A DNA stretch of 11,290 nucleotides from Oligoflexia bacterium. Its GTDB lineage: Bacteria; Bdellovibrionota; Bdellovibrionia; JABDDW01. Positions 1-7,811 of the stretch are shown here, in pieces. Each line of letters starts with the position of its first letter. Position 1 is the stretch's first letter. The stretch is taken from assembly GCA_043732305.1 (NCBI GenBank), contig JAYTHU010000155.1, forward strand, positions 1-11,290, read 5' to 3'. Made by a program: the position numbers and the translations under genes. Under the pieces are notes generated by a model. It searched no databases. It worked only from the letters and a program-made list of their open reading frames with translations, and was not told the origin of the DNA.

Positions 1-1153
1 CGCCGATAACTCCCGAATCCGTATTGGTTGCATCAAAAAGGGCGCTGGTGTTAGCTCCGAAGCTCGTGCATTCATAATAAAAAAGCGGATTTGAAAATAC
101 TGACGTATCCAAGTAAATTCTCTGCTGAGGCATTGTGACCCCGCCACCACCACAAGGGATGTAGCCACCTGTACGATAATAAATTTCTGCATTGGTAATG
201 CTATTGAGCCTCACCCACAGACCTGTTTTACTTGTATTCCAAAAACTAGCTCCGTTGCTCGTTTTGTATTGTAACTGCATGACATCACCGTTTGTAAAAT
301 TAGCTGCGGTATCCGAAAAACTGGAGCTAGCCAAAACATATGGTGAGGAATTGGTGTAATTGATTTCCGAGGCCGTCACCTGAAGACCTGTGTTTTTATC
401 AAATAATGAAACTGATCCGGTATTGCCTGCCGGCGCTGTCATCAAGGCTATTGTCTCTAATGTCCACGGCGTTCCCGTGGCCAAGTTCTTATAAACGCCG
501 GCCCGCTTGGTCCAAAGCAAATCCTTAGCAGAGATGGCAGCATAAGCTACGTTAGCTCCATTTTGAAGGACCAACCCTGCATCAGTATTGTAGGTGACGC
601 TATAATTACTAGATGAAAGAGGAATGTAAATCGCAGTTTTAGATGCACCAATTTGTTGAATAATAATTCTAGAGGAAAAAACACTCAAGTCATTGTTGGC
701 AGTCGTCTGATCAAGTCTCAATCGGTAAACATCCGGGCCTGCATTTGGGATCCATGTCCCGCCAAGTCTAATTCGAGTTGGACTTGCAGTTCCTGCTGGA
801 ACGGGGACGGTCGCCTTAACAACACCCCCGGAATCCACAATAACGGCATTGCGAATCACGGCATCGGAATTACTTGCCACAATTTCAAAAAGGTAACTCA
901 CAACTCCATCGTAATTAGTGGTATCGAGCGAGGTCATAGTTGTGAGAGACGCGTATGTCCCCGTATTGACAGATGCCATAGGAATTTGCGCCATTTCGAG
1001 TGGAACTTCTAAATTGCGAGTGTTTAAAATTGAATTGCTACCGCCACCGTTCGTGTAATGAATATCAACCCACATGCGACCGCAAGCTGTGACAAAAACA
1101 ATAAGGGCAATAGGGAGTCCTACCCGCAAAATTTTATATAATTTATTATTCAT
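1..1153 (-). CDS. Lipoprotein, partial (3' end runs off window); beta-rich, apparent tandem repeat domains; function unknown
   Basis: Not in the ORF track. Manual translation from ATG 1153 is open for 384 codons to the window edge: MNNKLYKILRVGLPIALIVFVTAC|GRMWVDIHYTNGGGSNS...ALFDATNTDSGVIG. It has a basic N-region, a hydrophobic stretch and lipobox VTAC (Cys24). A purine-rich leader (GAGGGAAAAGGTGGG) lies upstream. Confidence 0.9.
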   Translation of the reverse strand, partial: MNNKLYKILRVGLPIALIVFVTACGRMWVDIHYTNGGGSNSILNTRNLEVPLEMAQIPMASVNTGTYASLTTMTSLDTTNYDGVVSYLFEIVASNSDAVIRNAVIVDSGGVVKATVPVPAGTASPTRIRLGGTWIPNAGPDVYRLRLDQTTANNDLSVFSSRIIIQQIGASKTAIYIPLSSSNYSVTYNTDAGLVLQNGANVAYAAISAKDLLWTKRAGVYKNLATGTPWTLETIALMTAPAGNTGSVSLFDKNTGLQVTASEINYTNSSPYVLASSSFSDTAANFTNGDVMQLQYKTSNGASFWNTSKTGLWVRLNSITNAEIYYRTGGYIPCGGGGVTMPQQRIYLDTSVFSNPLFYYECTSFGANTSALFDATNTDSGVIG

Positions 1154-1194
1154 CTTATGACCCACCTTTTCCCTCACTTAGCCTTATAGTATAT

Positions 1195-1572
1195 CTACAA
1201 ATGACAGCAAAAGAAATTATTCCGCATGTAAAGTGACATTAAATCCGCAGCCAGGATTTCCCATAAGCTCAGAACATTGCGTGAGCCTGCGTCCTCATGA
1301 GTATGACTCTGATCATAAGGGCCCGCCACTGCAGTAAGCCATGTGGCCGCGGTATCAACCCAAGAACTTCGATCAAATAAAACTCCGACATCCGCTGCAT
1401 CGTAAACAAGATCTGTTGGCGCAACCTCAGTCAAAGATGACGTAAGTAAGAAGAGCATATCCGGAATCGGGCTTGATTTGTATTCGCTTGGTGACTCAAT
1501 TGGACACCATATTTCCCCGTCAGCTACGATCTTTTCTAAAAATGCTCTCAAGGGAGGCCTTAGGAGAATCAA
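1195..1572 (-). pseudogene. Doubtful 125-aa ORF; possibly a degraded gene fragment
   Basis: TTG start with no clear RBS. The middle part looks protein-like and weakly resembles the third repeat of the adjacent lipoprotein (NVLSLWEILAAD vs NTSALFDATNTD). The ends look non-coding. Confidence 0.3.
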
Positions 1573-1717
1573 AACATCACTTGAGTAAATTCGTGACAGC
1601 TCTAGTAGTTATGTGTATTGAAAACAAATTACAGAATTCTGTCGATTCATGGCTCTGATTGCCAAAGCCTTGCTTTTTGTCTCTACAGATACTAATCTTG
1701 GGCCAAGGGGACTTGAA

Positions 1718-2410
1718 ATGAAAAACCACATTATACTGATACAAGCTTCACTCTCATTACTGATTTTCGCAAACATAGCGATGGCACAACCGAAATCGAA
1801 CTTGGACGAACCTGCTTATTGTGATCAAGGTAATTTTCTAACGCACGAAATCACAAATTCGATGGAAGATGAGCTTCTTTTCAGAATGCATAGTTTTCAG
1901 CTCGGAAAAACGAAGCTTGTGGGACTAGCTGTCGGGATTTCGGATCCTTTTGATATCACGCGAATGGCCAGGTTCAATTCGAATGCCAATCACTCAGAAA
2001 AATACTGCACATGGTACTTCAATAAAGGAAATCCACTTGCTGAGAAATTTTTCAATTGGCGTTACGTTATGAAACCAACCGCCAATATTCCCGTGATCGT
2101 GGCTAATTACTCAAGCGTGCTTGACTCATCTTTTGATGACGAACCCGAAAATTTTGTCAGCTGCGTGACGAAAAATCATTATTTAGCAATGGGCTGCAAT
2201 GATCAGCAACACCGCGGACCAAGTGTTTTTGCAATGGTCCTGGCCTACTCTGGTTGCACGCCTCTGCACGCAGTGACAATTGCAAACGGGCTTTGGGGCC
2301 TGAACGGCGTGCCTTTTGAATCAAGACTTGCACTTGCGCAACATGGATATGATTTGGGTTCGGCAAATCCTGAAGCTCGTTTAAAAATGGCACAAGCTTT
2401 CAGCGAGTAA
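1718..2410 (+). CDS. Exported protein with CX5R (protein tyrosine/dual-specificity phosphatase-like) motif
   Basis: Start moved to ATG 1718 (AAGGGGAC 5' of it). Sec signal MKNHIILIQASLSLLIFANIAMA|QP. Contains LAMGCNDQQHRGPSVFAMVLAYSGCTPLHAVTIANGLW, i.e. strand, C-x5-R, hydrophobic helix, G-x-[ST], helix, as in DSP/PTP folds. Confidence 0.75.
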   Translation: MKNHIILIQASLSLLIFANIAMAQPKSNLDEPAYCDQGNFLTHEITNSMEDELLFRMHSFQLGKTKLVGLAVGISDPFDITRMARFNSNANHSEKYCTWYFNKGNPLAEKFFNWRYVMKPTANIPVIVANYSSVLDSSFDDEPENFVSCVTKNHYLAMGCNDQQHRGPSVFAMVLAYSGCTPLHAVTIANGLWGLNGVPFESRLALAQHGYDLGSANPEARLKMAQAFSE

Positions 2411-2419
2411 GCTTAAAAT

Positions 2420-3010
2420 TTATTTTTTAAGACCTAGCATGCGGTCACGAAGAGTTTCACCAATTGGCTTTTGTCCAATATAGGCTTCCATAAAAAATCG
2501 TGAAGCATTCACGCTGTCAAATTTCCCAAGTGGTCTTCCATCGACATCAATCACAACGCCTTTAGGCGAAACGACATAACTCACGGTTTCATCATTTTTG
2601 ATATCGACCATGAGATTTTTGAATTTATCGAATTCTGGTTTAAGACTAGTACATGCGTCTACCAACTTTTGATTGTCTTTGGGCTTTTTGCAAACATCGT
2701 TAAAAGTTTCCTGCCATGCATTTTTAGATTTTCCACCCGAAACATCTCTTAAAAATTTCATCTTGATAATTTTTAAATCAGTTGAATTTATAATTTCCTT
2801 GGCGTCAGTCGATTTTTTCTCCAAGTACAATCCCCCCACATACACATCGACATCTAATCCAAGAATTGTCACCTCGCGAAGACCCATGCCATTCAGCACA
2901 AGCTTTTTTCCTTGCGCGGACTCGGCATCAGGCAAGTCTACGTGATAAAAAGTTCCAGCGTAGGCGAGTGAAGAAATAAAAACCAAGAACAAAAATTTCA
3001 ATGATTTCAT
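2420..3010 (-). CDS. Chalcone isomerase-like (CHI-fold) exported protein
   Basis: ATG 3010 with GGAG RBS; signal peptide MKSLKFLFLVFISSLAYA|G. Family motifs LVLNGMGLR, DVYVGGLYL, MKFLRDV and C-terminal YIGQKP...LRDRMLG. Confidence 0.9.
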   Translation of the reverse strand: MKSLKFLFLVFISSLAYAGTFYHVDLPDAESAQGKKLVLNGMGLREVTILGLDVDVYVGGLYLEKKSTDAKEIINSTDLKIIKMKFLRDVSGGKSKNAWQETFNDVCKKPKDNQKLVDACTSLKPEFDKFKNLMVDIKNDETVSYVVSPKGVVIDVDGRPLGKFDSVNASRFFMEAYIGQKPIGETLRDRMLGLKK

Positions 3011-3027
3011 AGGCGCGAATCTCCAAT

Positions 3028-3957
3028 TTATAAAGTGAAAGAACATTTCTTTTTCAGCCAACCATTAAAAGCTTCATCACTCGCAAATTTAAAATGATCG
3101 GGTTCGCCGCTTTTAGAAGTCCAAAGATCTTTGACGTTGGCATAACAGGTTTTTGAACCAAGCTTTGTGATCTCAACTGTTTTTCCATTTTTATATTTGT
3201 TAGGACGATTGAGTGCGGCGTCTTTCTTTTTATTTAAACCCGTGTTCAAAACTTTAACCATCACGCCTGTTCCCGTGTAGCTCAATCCTTTTCTGTCGGA
3301 TAAAACTCCGGATATAACTTTTGCAGTTTTTGCGTTGTAAGTGACTTTCTCACCCGTTGCCAAGGTCACAACCAGATTGTCGCCCTCGGATTGGATTGTT
3401 GGAACTGTCTTTCGAGGGAATACCATGGCCTCAAAATTTGTGGTTTTTGATTCCATCGAAAATCCCATGTCCTGACGAGCGCCATCCCTAAATGAAAACT
3501 CCCAAACTGGAAGCTCAGATGAATCTGGACGAATCTTGAATTGTTCTTCAGGTTCACCGTTAAAAGTTTTCACCAGATCAGCACCTCTCACAGATTTGCG
3601 ACAAGTTTCGACATTGCCAATCATAGTCTGACTTCGGCACATCAAACCTTCGTCACTTCGCGAAGATGAATTCTCATCCTTCGCGATTGCGATTCGACCT
3701 TCTGCCGATTCCATATTTTCGTGGGTAGCTGATTCTCCAGCTAAACTTTTGTTGCTTACCTTTTTATTGCTAATCGTACCTGCCGGTGCGACTTCTTCAT
3801 CCAAGGCCGGAGGAGCGGCATAGTTACTTAGATCAGGCCCTTGAGGTTCACCAGCAGATGGAATAACCTCTTCCCGCACCTGCGCGAATGTTCGGGATGA
3901 CAATGATGAAAAAACTGTTAGAGCCGCAACTACAATTAGAAATATATTTGTCTTCAT
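3028..3957 (-). CDS. Exported hypothetical protein (309 aa), low-complexity N-terminal linker and globular C-terminal domain
   Basis: Long ORF. The likely start ATG 3957 gives signal peptide MKTNIFLIVVAALTVFSSLSSRTFA|Q. The stop lies 17 bp before the CHI-like gene, suggesting an operon. Confidence 0.85.
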   Translation of the reverse strand: MKTNIFLIVVAALTVFSSLSSRTFAQVREEVIPSAGEPQGPDLSNYAAPPALDEEVAPAGTISNKKVSNKSLAGESATHENMESAEGRIAIAKDENSSSRSDEGLMCRSQTMIGNVETCRKSVRGADLVKTFNGEPEEQFKIRPDSSELPVWEFSFRDGARQDMGFSMESKTTNFEAMVFPRKTVPTIQSEGDNLVVTLATGEKVTYNAKTAKVISGVLSDRKGLSYTGTGVMVKVLNTGLNKKKDAALNRPNKYKNGKTVEITKLGSKTCYANVKDLWTSKSGEPDHFKFASDEAFNGWLKKKCSFTL

Positions 3958-3964
3958 ATAGATT

Positions 3965-3991
3965 TCTTCGGAAGACCGTTCGTTAGGCTTA
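3965..3991 (-). promoter_or_regulatory. Sigma28 (FliA)-like promoter
   Basis: Minus strand reads TAAG-N15-TCCGAAGA, against consensus TAAA-N15-GCCGATAA. It ends 7 nt before ATG 3957, which has no SD. Confidence 0.5.
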
Positions 3992-4104
3992 ATGCGGTTC
4001 AAAGTCTAGATTGTGTTCCCATCATAAAAACCTGTTCAGCAATGAATTTATTTCAGTTAAGAGTGACAAACTTGAGCCCAATGACCCACCTATAATCTTT
4101 AACG

Positions 4105-4120
4105 CGGCACATTAATTGCA
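4105..4120 (+). promoter_or_regulatory. Sigma54 (-24/-12) promoter
   Basis: CGGCACATTAATTGCA matches TGGCAC-N5-TTGCW with exact GG-N10-GC spacing, 44 nt upstream of ATG 4165. Confidence 0.7.
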
Positions 4121-4164
4121 AACTAGACTTCACGTTGCTGCATTTCATTTTTTTTGGAGTTTAA

Positions 4165-4572
4165 ATGTCTGCTCTCAAATCATCTTCTTATGTATTCACC
4201 CTCACCATTCTCTCCACGTTGAGTTTTCAAGCGTATGCTGCAGACATGGCTATGAATTTAAATTCAACCGATTGGGTGGAGCTTCCCGCTCAATCAAGCG
4301 ACAACTGTGCGGGTCGCGTGCGATTTTTTAAAAATGGTTCCGAGAAATATCTAGAAGTTCAGGGTAGTCTTTGTCACGAAATGAAAATCGATGAAAAATC
4401 CTTTGAACTCACCTACGCTACTGAAGACGTTGATCGGGATCTCAGAGACGGTTACGGAACTTTAGTGCAGATGGTACAAATAGAAGAAGGCAGAAAACCT
4501 CTTCACATAGAGCTCTCTGCCTTCGACAATGATCTTTCGCAAAATCTGACCGTTACACCATCAGTAAATTAA
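4165..4572 (+). CDS. Small exported hypothetical protein (135 aa), beta-rich, two Cys
   Basis: GGAG RBS 5 nt before ATG; signal peptide ending FQAYA|ADM. The stop overlaps the stop of the convergent gene (shared TTAA 4569-4572). Confidence 0.85.
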   Translation: MSALKSSSYVFTLTILSTLSFQAYAADMAMNLNSTDWVELPAQSSDNCAGRVRFFKNGSEKYLEVQGSLCHEMKIDEKSFELTYATEDVDRDLRDGYGTLVQMVQIEEGRKPLHIELSAFDNDLSQNLTVTPSVN

Positions 4573-5267
4573 GCCGCAGTACCGGGACTTTGTTTCACAA
4601 TATCTTTTAAAATTTCTTTAATAATTTTTTTGTTGACCGTGTCTGTTTCAACAAACATTAAGCCCACACCTTTAGGATTTTCGCTCTTTCGAACAAATTT
4701 CGCTTTTGATTCGAAGTGAAGTTTTCCGAAATCGACAGTCACATCAACGACTGATCCAAGTTCTGCAGATAACTCGAAAGCACTGAAGCATCCAGTAGCA
4801 CTCACGTCTAAAAGGAGTGCCGCCTGATTGCTTGTTCCGTATTTAAAATGCCCTTGAATATCTGTCCGATGACGGGAAGCTCGCTCCCACCATCGAATTT
4901 TAGGATTGAAATAAGGAGCTTTAATTTTTTCTTGGAAAATAATTGTGAGGCCGGCAATAACTAAAACCGCATCCACAAAGTGCCAAGCGTTCAAAGTTTT
5001 GGGATTGGCAATGATCTGCTGCAAATCCATTCCTATCACTGCGAGACCAAATACTAAAAGTAGGTAAAAGCCCCAAGATCTGACTTTCCAAACCCCGTAA
5101 CTTACAAAAAGTGCGCCTAAGCAGAGCATGGCAAAATCAAGTACGAGCTCTCGACTTAAAAACTGTTTCTGAAAATGCGTGCCTAAGTAGACCAAAACTG
5201 CGGCCACCAAGGGAACAAAGAGAATGACTGCTGCCATATATAGAACTATTCTAGGTTTTTCTTTCAT
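4569..5267 (-). CDS. Membrane-anchored PilZ domain protein (about 4 TM helices plus C-terminal PilZ)
   Basis: Four hydrophobic segments, then PYFNPKIRWWERASRHR (Arg-rich c-di-GMP switch region), DVSATG (DxSxxG) and GVGLMF. GGAGG RBS upstream. Confidence 0.9.
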   Translation of the reverse strand: MKEKPRIVLYMAAVILFVPLVAAVLVYLGTHFQKQFLSRELVLDFAMLCLGALFVSYGVWKVRSWGFYLLLVFGLAVIGMDLQQIIANPKTLNAWHFVDAVLVIAGLTIIFQEKIKAPYFNPKIRWWERASRHRTDIQGHFKYGTSNQAALLLDVSATGCFSAFELSAELGSVVDVTVDFGKLHFESKAKFVRKSENPKGVGLMFVETDTVNKKIIKEILKDIVKQSPGTAA

Positions 5268-5380
5268 CGTCTCAATCCTCCATCTAGAAAAAGTGTACAG
5301 GCATTGCGGATTAACGCCCAGTGAAATTCGTTTTCTAACCTATTTTTGCTATTCAAGACTTACGACCAGGAAGTTTTTGT

Positions 5381-5407
5381 ACAAAACCTGAATGACCATC
5401 TCAGGCT
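5381..5407 (-). terminator. Possible weak intrinsic terminator after the Omp85-family gene
   Basis: Minus strand AGCCTGA-gatggtcat-TCAGGTT followed by TTGT, about 15 nt after the stop at 5423. Confidence 0.3.
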
Positions 5408-5422
5408 TTTCTAATGCTTGCA

Positions 5423-6667
5423 TTACAGGAAAGATCCTTGCCAAGGGTAACCAAAGAAAAGTGTGAACTGCGTACCCTCGTTTGCAATTCCTACGTCGGC
5501 ACGTATTGCCACACCGGAAAATAAAAATCGCAATCCAAATCCAAAGTCACTGCGCAAAGGCGCTTGCTCAACTGCCAGTGGAGTATCAGACACTTGCCCA
5601 ACTTCATAAAATGCTGCAAGCTGCACATTTGAGCGGACACCTTTCATGAATCCCAAATCAAAGGGGGCGCCATCATGTAACACATTGAAGCGAAATTCTG
5701 AACCAAAGAATTGCGCTTGCGATCCATGAAATCGATTTTGCAAAAATCCGCGCATGCGATCACTCCCACCCAATGGAGCTGCAGTTCCGTAAGAATTTTC
5801 TGCAAATCTTTCTTGCACTCTTTGCGTTTCAACAGCCGTGCAGCGCGACTGTAGTGTGACGTTTGTGATCGACTGACAATTCAAGCTCATTGCAGATTGA
5901 AGTTGCGATTGAGAATATCCGTTCGCTTGGATGAGATAAGCACTCGATCTAAAATAATTAAATACAAGAGTGCTACTGGCAACCGGAACAAAATAGGTCC
6001 CGCTAAAATTTGCCGTGTACCATTGGCTACGAGTTGGATCAAAAAATAATTCCTGAATACGACTCGCCTCCAATCTGAGACCACGTCGAGGATCCAAAAC
6101 ATTGTCAGTGAAATCTAAGCGCACCCCTAAAGAAGTTGAGACGGTGTCATGAAAGGCATTGTCCGCGTTTGCAAATGAATCACTCGCTGAATCAGAAACC
6201 TGACTGAATTGGAGTTTGCTCGGCCCAAAATGCCCAAAAAATTGCAAACGATCTTCCCAAAATCGAAAAGTGAGATCTCCAGAACCACCGTACTCATAGT
6301 GCAGAGGCGAATTGAAACTTGACTGATCAGAGTAACCACCACGGTCAAAAACTTGATAACCAAGTTTTGATCCGTAAACTCCGAAGTTAAAAAGAATGTG
6401 GTCACCTAGGTGAATGTTAGAAATATTAACAATGGCGGCACTTAAGTTTCCCACAACAACTGCAATTTCCAAATCTGACCTGGAGTTGAGCATGTTGGCA
6501 TCTATGAAACCGGCACCAACCGCAGTGCCAATCCCAGGAACGTCTGTGAACAAGGGCGCGATCAAGTAACCTGGCTTGATAGAAGATGTATCATTTCTCC
6601 GTTCAGGGATAAATGCATTCGCTTTGGTAGAGATCGCCAGTATCATCATTAAACAGAAAAGTCGCAT
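5423..6667 (-). CDS. BamA/TamA (Omp85) family outer-membrane beta-barrel protein without POTRA domains
   Basis: Signal peptide ending ANA|F. Omp85 barrel motifs DFTDNVLDPRRG, LGGSDRMRGF (VRGY-like loop 6), SEFRF, FYEVGQV, DFGFGLRF, IRADVG, FFGYPW. Only 414 aa. Confidence 0.88.
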   Translation of the reverse strand: MRLFCLMMILAISTKANAFIPERRNDTSSIKPGYLIAPLFTDVPGIGTAVGAGFIDANMLNSRSDLEIAVVVGNLSAAIVNISNIHLGDHILFNFGVYGSKLGYQVFDRGGYSDQSSFNSPLHYEYGGSGDLTFRFWEDRLQFFGHFGPSKLQFSQVSDSASDSFANADNAFHDTVSTSLGVRLDFTDNVLDPRRGLRLEASRIQELFFDPTRSQWYTANFSGTYFVPVASSTLVFNYFRSSAYLIQANGYSQSQLQSAMSLNCQSITNVTLQSRCTAVETQRVQERFAENSYGTAAPLGGSDRMRGFLQNRFHGSQAQFFGSEFRFNVLHDGAPFDLGFMKGVRSNVQLAAFYEVGQVSDTPLAVEQAPLRSDFGFGLRFLFSGVAIRADVGIANEGTQFTLFFGYPWQGSFL

Positions 6668-6797
6668 CCTTCATTGTCAGGTGCGCTCTCAGAGAATGGC
6701 AATAGATTTCTGCTTTAAGGTTACATTGAAGGTAAATAAATTTTTTACACAAATAACTTCTTAGTGGCGTAGCGCCTATGTGATAATCAGGTCTAGA

Positions 6798-7664
6798 ATG
6801 AAAAGAACTTTGAAGCAAATTGGGCATTATTTTTCGGAATTGATCACAGCCTTCAACAAGCATGATGTGATGACTCTATCTGCTGCATTGTCGTTTTATA
6901 CCACGCTAGCAATGGCCCCCTTACTCGTCATCACATTGGCGGCAGTGGGATTGCTGGGCGAAAGCTCGCAGAATCAATTTCTCACGCAAATCCATTATCT
7001 CATAGGAGACCAAGCCGCCGAAGCCGTAACCACGATCATTCAGAGCGCGAATCACCGTCCGAAAACTGCAGGCTTGGCAGGAGTGCTAGGGATACTTGTA
7101 CTTTTTTTCACTTCGAGTGGAGTGTTCTCACAACTTGTGTCCTCACTCAATGTGATCTGGGAGACCGATTCAAAATCCACAGACGGCATAGGTTCATGGA
7201 TCAAAAAAAGATTACTCTCTCTGGGAATGGTTCTTAGTCTAGGATTTTTATCTATGGTTTCACTATTGGTGAGCGCGGTGCTTACATTTTTCTTCACGCA
7301 GCACGGATTTTTTTGGAATTTGTGTAACGTCGTGGTGTCGACGGCAATCTTTTCTTTCATGTTTGCAGCGTTGTTTAAATATCTTCCTAAAACCGAATTG
7401 AAATGGCGCAAAGCTTTGATCGGTGGATTTACCACTGCGGCAATGTTTGCCGTCGGAAAAGGACTCATTGGATTGTATTTAAGAAAATCTGCGATGGGTT
7501 CTGCCTACGGTGCGGCAAGCTCACTCGTCGTTTTACTAGCTTGGATTTACTATTCCTCCCTCATTATTTTCACCGGCGCTGAAGTCACTCATCTTCTTGA
7601 CAATTCCGATTCAAAAAATGCGAAGGTGCCTTCCAAAGAAAAGTTTGAAAAAAATATCCGTTGA
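6798..7664 (+). CDS. yihY: YihY/virulence factor BrkB family inner-membrane protein
   Basis: Motifs SAALSFYTTLAMAPLL, LNVIW, LFKYLP, YGAASSLVVLLAWIYYSSLIIFTGAE; about 6 TM helices. Start is ATG 6798 or GTG 6780. Confidence 0.93.
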   Translation: MKRTLKQIGHYFSELITAFNKHDVMTLSAALSFYTTLAMAPLLVITLAAVGLLGESSQNQFLTQIHYLIGDQAAEAVTTIIQSANHRPKTAGLAGVLGILVLFFTSSGVFSQLVSSLNVIWETDSKSTDGIGSWIKKRLLSLGMVLSLGFLSMVSLLVSAVLTFFFTQHGFFWNLCNVVVSTAIFSFMFAALFKYLPKTELKWRKALIGGFTTAAMFAVGKGLIGLYLRKSAMGSAYGAASSLVVLLAWIYYSSLIIFTGAEVTHLLDNSDSKNAKVPSKEKFEKNIR

Positions 7665-7811
7665 TTTCGGCAAACTCCAGTGAATCATGCATGGCTAGCC
7701 TGCGCAAATATTTGGATGGTTCTAGGAATATTTAAAGGTGTTTAATGGTTTAATTTTTTGAACTGACATAACATAAATTGTAAATTGTAAAAACAGATAG
7801 AGGGAATCCAA

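Noticed and set aside
653..1012. 119-aa plus-strand ORF
   Set aside because: Antisense shadow of the 384+ codon lipoprotein gene; TTG start and atypical composition.
1473..1658. 61-aa plus-strand ORF
   Set aside because: Short, TTG start, no RBS or recognisable features.
2157..3557. ORFs 2157..2393, 2673..2945 and 3366..3557
   Set aside because: Fully nested in or antisense to better-supported genes.
4116..4331. 71-aa ORF
   Set aside because: Starts inside the sigma54 motif and overlaps 4165..4572 out of frame; that gene has an RBS and a signal peptide.
5375..5386. Perfect 12-bp palindrome TTTTGTACAAAA upstream of the PilZ gene
   Set aside because: Single AT-rich instance overlapping the putative terminator tail; no second copy seen.
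5644..6863. ORFs 5644..5832, 5887..6102, 6127..6405, 6576..6764 and 6603..6863
   Set aside because: Alternative-frame or antisense overlaps of the Omp85 and YihY genes with no protein-like signal.
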